DNA of 64,000 nucleotides, from NCBI RefSeq assembly GCF_963676685.1, contig NC_092346.1:26226001-26290000 (forward strand), in the 5' to 3' direction. Numbering within the stretch: position 1 is the stretch's first letter; the number at the start of each line of letters is the position of its first letter. The notes beneath the pieces are model-generated. The model was given only the letters and a program-made list of their open reading frames with translations. It made no database searches and was not told where the DNA came from. Both the position numbers and the translations under genes were made by a program. Below, in pieces: positions 26,041-36,195 of this stretch. The stretch is from Mytilus edulis (lineage: Eukaryota).

Positions 26041-27549
26041 GTAAGATTAAAATTATTAATATTAATTCCAGAATATTTTTAATTAGAATTTGCTTAAATC
26101 AAAAAGAACAAAGATTTATGTTATAACATCTGAATAATACTTTTTAATTAGAAGTCTAAATAAATTAAAACTTTCTTGGTCATGGAACTGGGTGACTTAA
26201 TATATAAATATCTTTTATGTGGTTTTTGTTTTATTTAAGAATTTTAGGAGGGTGCGGTGAAAATGTGAACTTTCTGATATGGTCTTGATTTTTTTCTTCT
26301 GTCCTTCAAAATACAAGTAGATTTTGCAATAAACCATCAACGACATAAAGGTGAAAATTAATGTTTTTCATAGTAGCGTAGATTATTCTAAAGTCCAAAT
26401 ATTTACCTGATTTCATGCTGATTCAGGACATGTCGAGAAATCCTCCTCCCATTAAGGTTTGTAACTCAAATGAAAAGTTATATTCAATTCAAATCAATAT
26501 GTTATTGCCTTCCAATAACAACTATTATATAATATGATAATCGTTTTATTACCTTCAAAATATTCTCCCATTGTTTTACCTGCATTTCTGGGTCTATTGT
26601 AAGGCAGTTTACAGTAAGGGTTTTTGGTTATTTTTCTGCCCCCACCTAGGGACATTATGACTTTTCTGTCTGTGCGTTCGTTCGTTTGTCCGTCTGTCCG
26701 CGTCTGTCCAGTTACAGTTTAAAAGTTTTTTGGTAAAAGTTTTTGATGAAGTTGAAGTCCAAGAGTTTTGGCACCAAATTTCACGGTCCACTGAACATAG
26801 AAAATGGTGGGGCGTCCGTGTACTTTGGACACATTCCTGTTTTAGGTTAATGTTAGTGTAAGAGTAAGGATGAATTTTGTATAGCTCTTTATAAGACCCT
26901 TAAAGTAAAAAGAAAGTATTTTTTAATAACACCAATGTTACCACTTCGCTCGCGATTAGCATAATTAGTGACCTCATTAATTGTATATATATCTACCGAT
27001 ATACAGAAGATAAAAACAACCTTATGTCCTACACATATTATAAAATTAAGGAGATGTGGTATGATTACCAAAGAGACAATTTGAACTATCCACCAAAGTT
27101 CAAATGAAGTGGATGAAAGCAGTTAGAGTCCGGAAACCGTACGGCCTCCAACAATAAGAAAACCCCAAACCGTTTAGTCGGCTTTAAAAGGCCCTGCATG
27201 AAAAATATGAAACAATTTAATTGAGAAAACTAACGGCCTAATTAATGTCAAAACAAATTACGAAAAACAAATATGTCAGACACGAACCAACGACAACCAC
27301 TGAACTACAGGCTCCTTCCTGACTTGGGACAGACACAAAACGTGAGAATGTGACGGGGTAAAACATGTTTGTGAGCGTTCAACACTTTCCCTTAGCACAA
27401 CACAAGAACAAACTATGAAAATCAGTTGAAAAAGACTCAACTCATTAGCTGGTGATCGATTAAAAGCAGAAACTCATCAAACAAACACAGACCGCACAGG
27501 ACATGGTATAATGGTCATTTTTGTTTATGTTTTCAGTCAACGCACATAG

Positions 27550-30500
27550 ATGTCTGCGGGTAGAAAGTCAAAACCGAGTGCTTCGCAAGAGGATTCTACT
27601 CCAGCAAAGAAGCAATGCATGGACTTGCTTTTTCATGATGACTCTTCTGTTTCCAAGTTCACGTGGCCAGAAGATGGAAGTGAGTCATCATCATGGCAAA
27701 TTTGTGATGCGGATGCAGGGGATAACTCTAATCCACCAAGCCGTGATGCCACAAATCCACCGAGTCGGGGTAACTCAAATCCACCAAGTTTAGAATCTAC
27801 AAAGACAAATAATTCTTTGAGTAGTGAAGCATTGGATAAAAAGAAATTGATTGAAGATGCATTCGAACAGAATTCTTCACAGTCGACTGCTCCGTTTGTA
27901 TTCCCAAAAACTCCAGCAAATTCTGAAAATGATCTTTCATCACCTAGCACATTTAGCACATCAGGAGAAAGTAACTGTTCTTCACCAAGCACACTAACTT
28001 ACAAAAGCACAAAACAATCCAACAAAAGATTGTGTTCTCCTTGCAGAACACCAAATAATTCTGAAAACGATATTTCATCAACGGGCATATGTAGCGCATC
28101 ATCAAAAAATAATCGTTCCCCACCAATCACAGTCAGTAGCAAAAACACAGACCAATCCGACAGTAGATCGTGTTCTCCTTGCAAAACACCACAAAATTCT
28201 GAAAATGATTTCTCTTCAGCCAGCTCATGTAGCACATCAGCAGTAAGTGATTGTTCTTCACAAAGCACAGTCACTGAAAGTAATTTCTCATCAAGCACAA
28301 CTTTTGAATGTGATTCTTCGCCATCAAACACAAGTATTGCAAGTAGTCAACTTTCTGACAGCACTATCTCACAGAACTCTCAGGATGGCTTGTCTGAAGG
28401 CATACAATCTAAAAAATCTGTCGGCTCGGAAAACAGACAAGTTCCAACTAAACAAACCCGCCTAACCGATTCAAGTGATAGTGATTCGTGTGAAAGTGAT
28501 TCATCCCTAGACCAAGAAATAAAAGCAACACCAAAAGGAAAAAGAAATAATCCTCCTGCAATAAAGGTACAGGATACAAAGGTTCCAGAAAAAATGCACG
28601 ATGACCACGACAAAGAAGAAACAAACATTTTTAAGAATGTGAAAGGTGACAAAACTAAAGAACAGAATCAATCAAAAGGCAAAGACGAAGATAAATTGAG
28701 TGATGACGAAGATGATGTCAGTAATTATTCCGATGAGGATTATTATTGTAATAGCTCTTATTCTGGTAGTGGTAGCGAATATGAAGTTTCGGATAAGTCT
28801 GTTCAATGTAATGGCATATCTCCTCTTCATATCAAGACAAAGGTCGATAGACAAGCGTTTGTAATGAAAATCATGAAAGCGTTCAAATGCAACTCTCTGT
28901 ATGACTCGTTCTGCTTTACTTTGCCTCGGTCAAAGGATGCAATTGACGGATACAATATGACGGTCAATGGATTACTTAGTTTGGCCGATCAGTGTAGGTT
29001 TGGTCTAATCGAGTCGACCTCGATGAACTTTCCAAGTAAAGAATCCATAGATTTCGCAGAAGGAGTTGTCGAAGATATGAGGAAGAGATATAAGGATTTG
29101 TGTCGAGAAGGAGAAAATAGTAACAGTGATTCCCACCATTCTTCAGAAGAAAGCACAAGTAGTATTCTGGAGAAGGAAGTTGACAATGATCTCCCCCATA
29201 ATATTATATTCATGGTTTCCGATGGAATCAAAGACATTGTGTCGACCTGGAGTGGACAATTCCAGGTTTCTACTAATCCAGTTACATATATTATGTCGCT
29301 CCGAATGTTCGATTATAAGCCTTCATTTTCAAACAATATTCGACCAGTTTTCGGTCAGAAACCTGATTTGACGGATGAATTGTGTAAAGATATAGTCAAT
29401 GAAATGGAAAAGTTCGAATGTTCGAGACAATTGCGATTGGATGTAGACTTCCGAACTTTTGAAAGTCTTACATTTTTCAAATGTTCCGAAAACGAAGCTT
29501 TGCTACTTATAAACGTTAAAAGTCCAGCTACATTTTGCCAAAGACTCGTAAATAGCAGCGCCATAGACAGAAACGATTGGCAACCAAGAGACAATTTTCT
29601 CCCTTTTGAGCATGGATGTTATCAGGATTACGTTTTGGTTCTAGGGGGCGTAGTCTCTGAACTTTCAAGTATAGCAGCACAGATAACTGTAGCATTTCCA
29701 AGCGTTAAAATTTTAAACAAAGATATAAACGAGTTTTTGCTCTATCATATCTCGGTAAATACCTCGGGGAAATATAGAAATTTAGAAACTAACGGCAGAC
29801 ACAGAAAATCAACAAATTTGTCTGTTGATCGTCGAAATAACATCATTGATGTTTTGGAAACAAATCATCTTCTTTCAAAAGACAAATGTGAAGAACTAAG
29901 AACAAATATAACAATAACAGAAATTAACTCCAGACTGGGTTCCGAATGTAATGGTTTTGATGGTACGGAATTCCATCCATGTTTCACTGATTACTTAAAC
30001 TATAAATGTTTAGATGTTAGTGAACTGGAGCATCAACTCTCAAGGAGATGTAATATTTCAGAGAAAATGGCTGATGCCAAACTTTTGGATTACAATCCTG
30101 ATTCCAATCCTGATTCCCAGAACATGAGCGTAGCAGAATACCTGGCTTCAAATTCAAATTCGAATTTTTATTATTCTTTCTGTAGCTCAGAAATTATTCC
30201 CAACGACACGTGGCATTGTAAAGTATGTGGCAAATGCAACCAAGAAAACGAATGGCACTGCCCAAAATGTGACAAATGTTCTAAAGCACAACCAGCATGC
30301 CAGCACTGTGGATATGCTGGATATACATATATAATTAAACCAGGCTCGGTGGATGAATCCATGGCGCCAAAATTTGATTGGAAAATCAACTTGAGTACGA
30401 CAGATGTTCCTGATTGGTCTGTTACTCTCGATCATTCGACCGAAAAAGCTTCCTTCAGCATGGACGATTTCATGCAGGATGAGTTTGGATTGATCGATCC

Positions 30501-30630
30501 TATGGCATTTTTGTTGGGTTCTGAGGCTAGAGGCGGCGGGAAAAGACAAGGTCGTCGACTACAAAAGTATGAGAAAAAGATTGAAGGAAATCCTAAAATG
30601 TTAGCGGCAGCAGGATGTATATTGCAATAA
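27550..30630 (+). CDS. Uncharacterised 1026-aa protein (paralogue 1): Ser-rich disordered N-terminus, predicted PH-like domain, Cys/His zinc cluster, C-terminal CaaX (CILQ)
   Basis: Uninterrupted 3081-nt ORF in very AT-rich DNA, with a splice acceptor just upstream of the ATG. It shows collinear similarity to the ORF at 58244-60927 over the C-terminal ~600 aa. Confidence 0.92.
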   Translation: MSAGRKSKPSASQEDSTPAKKQCMDLLFHDDSSVSKFTWPEDGSESSSWQICDADAGDNSNPPSRDATNPPSRGNSNPPSLESTKTNNSLSSEALDKKKLIEDAFEQNSSQSTAPFVFPKTPANSENDLSSPSTFSTSGESNCSSPSTLTYKSTKQSNKRLCSPCRTPNNSENDISSTGICSASSKNNRSPPITVSSKNTDQSDSRSCSPCKTPQNSENDFSSASSCSTSAVSDCSSQSTVTESNFSSSTTFECDSSPSNTSIASSQLSDSTISQNSQDGLSEGIQSKKSVGSENRQVPTKQTRLTDSSDSDSCESDSSLDQEIKATPKGKRNNPPAIKVQDTKVPEKMHDDHDKEETNIFKNVKGDKTKEQNQSKGKDEDKLSDDEDDVSNYSDEDYYCNSSYSGSGSEYEVSDKSVQCNGISPLHIKTKVDRQAFVMKIMKAFKCNSLYDSFCFTLPRSKDAIDGYNMTVNGLLSLADQCRFGLIESTSMNFPSKESIDFAEGVVEDMRKRYKDLCREGENSNSDSHHSSEESTSSILEKEVDNDLPHNIIFMVSDGIKDIVSTWSGQFQVSTNPVTYIMSLRMFDYKPSFSNNIRPVFGQKPDLTDELCKDIVNEMEKFECSRQLRLDVDFRTFESLTFFKCSENEALLLINVKSPATFCQRLVNSSAIDRNDWQPRDNFLPFEHGCYQDYVLVLGGVVSELSSIAAQITVAFPSVKILNKDINEFLLYHISVNTSGKYRNLETNGRHRKSTNLSVDRRNNIIDVLETNHLLSKDKCEELRTNITITEINSRLGSECNGFDGTEFHPCFTDYLNYKCLDVSELEHQLSRRCNISEKMADAKLLDYNPDSNPDSQNMSVAEYLASNSNSNFYYSFCSSEIIPNDTWHCKVCGKCNQENEWHCPKCDKCSKAQPACQHCGYAGYTYIIKPGSVDESMAPKFDWKINLSTTDVPDWSVTLDHSTEKASFSMDDFMQDEFGLIDPMAFLLGSEARGGGKRQGRRLQKYEKKIEGNPKMLAAAGCILQ

Positions 30631-30762
30631 AATATGATAAAAATCAGAATTTACTTCTCTTTCTTATTTTACTCAACTGTTTGAGCAAACAACGTGTCGC
30701 TGTTGAATTGGATTACTTTCGAGTTTGTATTGCAGGAAAAAAAATCCAAGGGTTCCTTCAAC

Positions 30763-30973
30763 GAGGGGGGAGGGGGGGGCATATACCTTTTTATGTTAAC
30801 CTGTTTTGGCCTTTTTCAAGGTGTTGTTAACTGTTATTTGAGATGAATTTAAACTGTTAACTGTTTTAAACCCACTGTGTTAACTGTTATCAGCATTTTT
30901 GTATTTCTTATTAACTGCTTTTACCAAAATCCAGGTGTAATTAACATGTTAACAGACCCCCTATTGTCCCCTC
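30763..30973. mobile_element. MITE with GAGGG...CCCTC ends and near-perfect 6-bp TSD (TTCAAC/TTAAAC)
   Basis: Purine- and pyrimidine-rich inverted ends, internal TGTTAACTG repeats and flanking 6-mers that differ at one base. Confidence 0.65.
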
Positions 30974-32231
30974 TTAAACACACAATTGGTTTATGTTGCC
31001 TTTTATTCATACACATTTAATTCATGCTAACACAAAAATATGAGATGTGGTATGATTGCCAGTCATTGAAGACAACTATCACAAAAAACTAAAGGACGAG
31101 CATGTAAACAGATATATATTTATGTGCGGCCTTCAACTATGAGCAAAATCCGTACTGTAAACTAAGCTTAGCTATAAAATTAACACAACAGATAATAAAT
31201 CAATAAATGAAAATAATTTTGGCATACTAGTATAACAACTCCCACTTATAAGCCCATGGTAAAGACACATAATTAATGTCAATACAATTAAAATATAGGT
31301 CTTTGATTTGGTTATCCTTTTATGATATATTTTCGGGCACTCGACTTACATAGATCTGAATTTCAACTATAAATTGAAGTTAAGTGGTAGTGTTATTGAC
31401 AGTTAATCATGTTTGTGAGAGCTCAACTCGCTTGTATCCTTGGACAGTGGTGCAACATAATAACAACTGTAAAAATCAGTTGGAAAAGCTAACAAAAAAC
31501 TAAAAAAAATTTAACACCAATCAAAAAGTTCTCGCAGTTGCTGAAAGCTAATGAAATACGTATTTCTTCTTTTAAACAAACCATGGTATCGATCTCCGAC
31601 TTTCTTTCACGTCTTTGTTCTTTACTAGAATACTTTTTATGCCCCACCTTCGATAGTAGAGGGGCATCATGTTTTCTGGTCTGTGCGTCCGTTCGTCCGT
31701 CCGTCTGTTCGTTCGTCCGTCTGTTACACTTCAGGTTAAAGTTTTTGGTCAAGGTAGTTATTGATGAAGTTGAAGTCCAATCAACTTAAAACTTAGTATA
31801 CATATTCCCTTAGATAAGATCATTCTAATTGTAATGCCAAATTAGAGAATTTATTCCAATTTCACGGTCCAGAAAACATAGAAAATGATAGGGCGAGTGG
31901 GGCATCCGTGTACTGTGGACACATTCGTGTTTATTAATCAAAACGAATAAATCAGGGCTTGCTTCATACAAAATAATCAACTTAGATAAACCAAAATCTT
32001 GAATGAAAGATTGACAAAACATTCTTACTCTGAATCTGGTATCAAGATTGTTTTTATGTTTGATAGGCGTTTTTTCAAGAGACAGTCTGCATTCCAATGA
32101 GAACCATGTTCACATCGACTGGTTCCTTTTTTGTCACACATTCTCCACATATAAGACTTTTTAAAAGAGGAATTTGAAAGGAAAGTTCGAAGGAGTAAGA
32201 AAAATAATGGAAAAATTTAATATGTCAAATA

Positions 32232-32672
32232 GAATCATATTCAAAACAGTGTGGTCCTGGCCATTGATTGACGATCTGAATTATCCCATTGACTGGGACA
32301 GATTAGGTGAACGTTTGTCTGTAACGACCATTGCTCACTTCTTACTTATTATAGAATTTAGACTGTGGGGTCACCAAAGGTTCTTAACGCCTCTAATAAT
32401 AAAAGAATTCGAAAAATTATTCAGGAATAACCTTTATGTTTTGATTTATATTATTGATATAAATCAACACATTGTATTATTCCGGATTCGTTTTTCGAAT
32501 TGATTTATTTAGGTGTTGAGAACCTTTGGTGACCCCACAGATTCAGCGTCTTTAACAAGTACATAGTGAGCAGTGGTTGTTACCGACAAACGTTCACCTA
32601 ATCTGTCCCAGTCAATGGGGTAATTGAGGTCGTCAATCAATGGCCAGTACCACACTGTTTTGAATATGATTC
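32232..32672. mobile_element. Nested palindromic MITEs: outer TA-flanked element with ~110-bp arms, inner element at 32363-32540
   Basis: Outer: TA|GAATCATATTCAAAACAGTGTGG ... CCACACTGTTTTGAATATGATTC|TA. Inner: CTGTGGGGTCACCAAAGGTTCT ... AGAACCTTTGGTGACCCCACAG. Confidence 0.8.
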
Positions 32673-32930
32673 TAAAAGGAAACGTAAGTTTGATCAAATC
32701 GCTAGCAGTTCAAAAATATCAGTTCCAATCAAATTACAAAGAAGGCACAGAACCAATTCAAAGCAAAAGACAAGATATAAAAAAAATCCACACAAAATGC
32801 ATGTCAAGTCGCAATAAAATAAAGAAATGAGAGAAGAGAAAGCAGATAAAATGATTTAGGGAATAGTCCGAAATGATACATTAAGTATAAAGGTTGGACT
32901 AGGTTAACCGAGCATAAAACTATACAGAAA

Positions 32931-35900
32931 TATTATAACAATAATATTTGGAATTCGTATTGTTGTTTTATGTAGTATGTTGGTCTGCATAGTTAGTTGT
33001 TCTTTAAAGACCCAAACTCTCAACAGACGAATGACTCTGTGAGGGTTGGTCTTGGAATCTTTCCATGATGGGGGAAACTAGCTGGGAACAATGCCTTCGG
33101 TGGTGTACGGCATTGCTGCCGCTGTAAAGGCAGGCCGGGCGTTGTTGCCGATGTAGAGGCAGGCCGGGATCGACTGACACCTATAAGTTTCAAAATTCAA
33201 ACTTTTTTAATAAAATAAATAAAAACAAAAATAATACAAAACAGTTACAAACAACAATAAAGTAAAACAAATATTTTCAATTATTTCCCTAACAGAAAAC
33301 AATAAATATTTTGAATAAACTTCATTTATGATTACTATTTATTATCTTTATTTTAGTTAAACTTATTTAAAATATTTTACTTTAAATCTTAATACTTTTA
33401 AAATCATGACTTACCTATAAGTTTCAAAATTCAAACTTTGACGTCTCAAAGCAGAATTTCTACTTATATAGCAATCACTTAATGACTTTGGTACTAGTTT
33501 GTGCCCTATAGTTTATCAAAGTTAAATTATTGACGTAAGTTGACCATGTCAACCATTGTCCGAAGTTTATGACTTTTTTGTTCATTCTATACTTTCAAAC
33601 AAAGATTTAAGTAATATTTGTTCTATCAGAAAGTTATTTGACCAAAGAAAGTTAGTTTGACCAACGTGAAGTTTACTTGAACTAAAAACTGGACATGAAA
33701 ATTTATCCAATATGTATGTCAAATATCTGTCACAATACATCACTCTCCTTAGAAATTTTGGACTCCAAAATAAAATAAATAATAAAGAAAATTTTAAAGA
33801 AATTGTGTATTTTTATGTTTACTATATTAGTTTGAAAATGGATTTATAACTTTTAATTATTAGTGTAAGTAAATAATCAATATCCATTTTTAAACCTCAA
33901 AACAATATAGAAGACAAACAATTGAGTGATGAAAAAAACCAATGGATGCATAAACATACATCATTTACTTTTTGATTTTAAGCGGGGGAAAAAACTTGAA
34001 CTTAATTCTAATATTTTTCTTTTTTTTTTCTTTCTTTCTTTTTTTTTCATTATTTAGATTCCTTAATCATACTATTTAATTGGTGTTTTTATCTTTATTT
34101 GTTTTATAACTTAATTGATGTTATGATGATGAAATACTATTAAGTATTAATTTTAAATCGTTGTTCTTGAAAGTTTGTTACTCACATGCTTACAAATGAA
34201 CGTTAATTTTTACAGTTGATGAAATGTAATTAGAAATATATGCAAAGTGTTTAAACAAAATGTTGCAAAAATATATGAATTATGAAAAACTTAAATAATC
34301 TTAAACAGAATTTGATTTTGCTTTTATCAGTCTCTAAGTTACTGTCTTATCATTTTGATGGCGTTCCTACTCTTGAGGTAACCCATTTTGTCAATTGATT
34401 GTGGCGTCCCTGCTCCTGAGGTGACCCATGAGTATATTTTGTATGGCGTTCCTTCTTGTGAGGTAACCCATTATATCTATTAATTGTGGCGTCCCTGCTA
34501 TTCAGTTAGCCTGAGCATTATGCGTGCCTATATATGAATATATATTGAATTATTATAACTCTGTACCGGTATTATATTATTCAAAATGTACAGTAAACGG
34601 CAACAAGAATTTTACTAACTTGTTCCTAATAGGTAACTCACAAACAAGGATATTTACGTTATGTAACCCTTAATAAAGTGAACCTAATCTTAAAGACGAC
34701 TGATTGCAAATATTAATCTTGACATGCGTTTGAAATACAAACATTCAGTTCTAATTAACATCATTCTGAAAATGTTATTCAATGGATGATTTAAATGAAT
34801 AAAATTTTACAATACTTTATGAAAAACATAATTTTAAAACTTGTTTAGACAGTCTTTTAGAAAAGTTGTTCTTAAAATTTTAAGACATGAAACGCAATAC
34901 AATTTGTGAAATGAAAATGAACATTTTGTTTCATAGCTGAAAATTTTAAATTAAAATTTAGATTTTAGAAATAAGCTTTTGATGTACTCACAGTTTCATG
35001 AAAATATATGTTTACAATGAAAATACACAACAACATAAATTTAATATTATTGTCACTGATGTTGATAAAAGTTCTTCTCTTATAATAATATGTAACAGTT
35101 CTTCGATATTCAGCTGATGTCGTTGTTCAATGGTGTATTCTAATTATTCACAAATAAATCATTTACTGGAAATATATATAATTAAATAGTCCGAACGGTA
35201 CGAAAATAATGTTCAACTGTAAATATTCCGGTTCGAATTGTCGAAACACTGTCTTAGTTTCTGGCATGCTATTATGATAGGTGTCGATGTTTGGCGTCCA
35301 ACATTTATTAACGGGCCTCCACCAAATATTATAACAATAATTTATGGAATTCGTATTGTTGTTTTATGTAGTATGTTGGTCTGCATAGTTAGTTGTTCTT
35401 TAAAGACCCAAACTCTCAACAGACGAATGACTCTGTGAGGGTTGGTCTTGGAATCTTTCCATGATGGGGGAAACTAGCTGGGAACAATGCCTTCGGTGGT
35501 GTACGGCATTGCTGCCGCTGTAAAGGCAGGCCGGGCGTTGTTGCCGATGTAGAGGCAGGCCGGGATCGACTGACACCTATAAGTTTCAAAATTCAAACTT
35601 TTTTAATAAAATAAATAAAAACAAAAATAATACAAAACAGTTACAAACAACAATAAAGTAAAACAAATATTTTCAATTATTTCCCTAACAGAAAACAATA
35701 AATATTTTGAATAAACTTCATTTATGATTACTATTTATTATCTTTATTTTAGTTAAACTTATTTAAAATATTTTACTTTAAATCTTAATACTTTTAAAAT
35801 CATGACTTACCTATAAGTTTCAAAATTCAAACTTTGACGTCTCAAAGCAGAATTTCTACTTATATAGCAATCACTTAATGACTTTGGTACTAGTTTGTGC

Positions 35901-36133
35901 CCTATAGTTTATCAAAGTTAAATTATTGACGTAAGTTGACCATGTCAACCATTGTCCGAAGTTTATGACTTTTTTGTTCATTCTATACTTTCAAACAAAG
36001 ATTTAAGTAATATTTGTTCTATCAGAAAGTTATTTGACCAAAGAAAGTTAGTTTGACCAACGTGAAGTTTACTTGAACTAAAAACTGGACATGAAAATTT
36101 ATCCAATATGTATGTCAAATATCTGTCACAATA
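32931..36133 (-). mobile_element. Non-autonomous LTR retroelement, 3203 bp, with two 807-bp LTRs
   Basis: Direct repeats at 32931-33737 and 35327-36133 are identical by eye apart from two substitutions near their left ends. TSD GAAA at 32927-32930 and 36134-36137. PBS TGGTGGAGGCCCG on the minus strand at 35312-35324, and PPT-like AAGGAGAGTGA near 33740-33750. No gag or pol ORF. Confidence 0.88.
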
Positions 36134-36195
36134 GAAACGTGAAAGAAGACCAAAAAAGTGCGAGTGACAGATTATCTGTTTTTCTCAGTGTATTA

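Noticed and set aside
27633-30549. Antisense and alternative-frame ORFs overlapping paralogue 1 (likewise 58191-60637 in paralogue 2)
   Set aside because: These are shadow ORFs expected opposite long, compositionally biased coding sequence, and they are not conserved between the paralogues.
30626-30631. AATAAA overlapping the stop codon in both paralogues (also 60926-60931) as a conserved polyadenylation signal
   Set aside because: It is easily produced by chance from TAA stops in AT-rich DNA and cannot be supported without 3' end data.
32174-32697. Two opposite-strand ORFs both encoding RIIFKTVW.WPLIDDLNYPIDWDRLGERLSVTT as an inverted gene pair
   Set aside because: The shared peptide coincides exactly with the inverted arms of a TA-flanked MITE.
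34359-34499. CRISPR array
   Set aside because: The context is eukaryotic with no cas genes. Spacers are only 14-15 nt and spacers 1 and 3 resemble each other, so this is a 43/85-bp tandem repeat.
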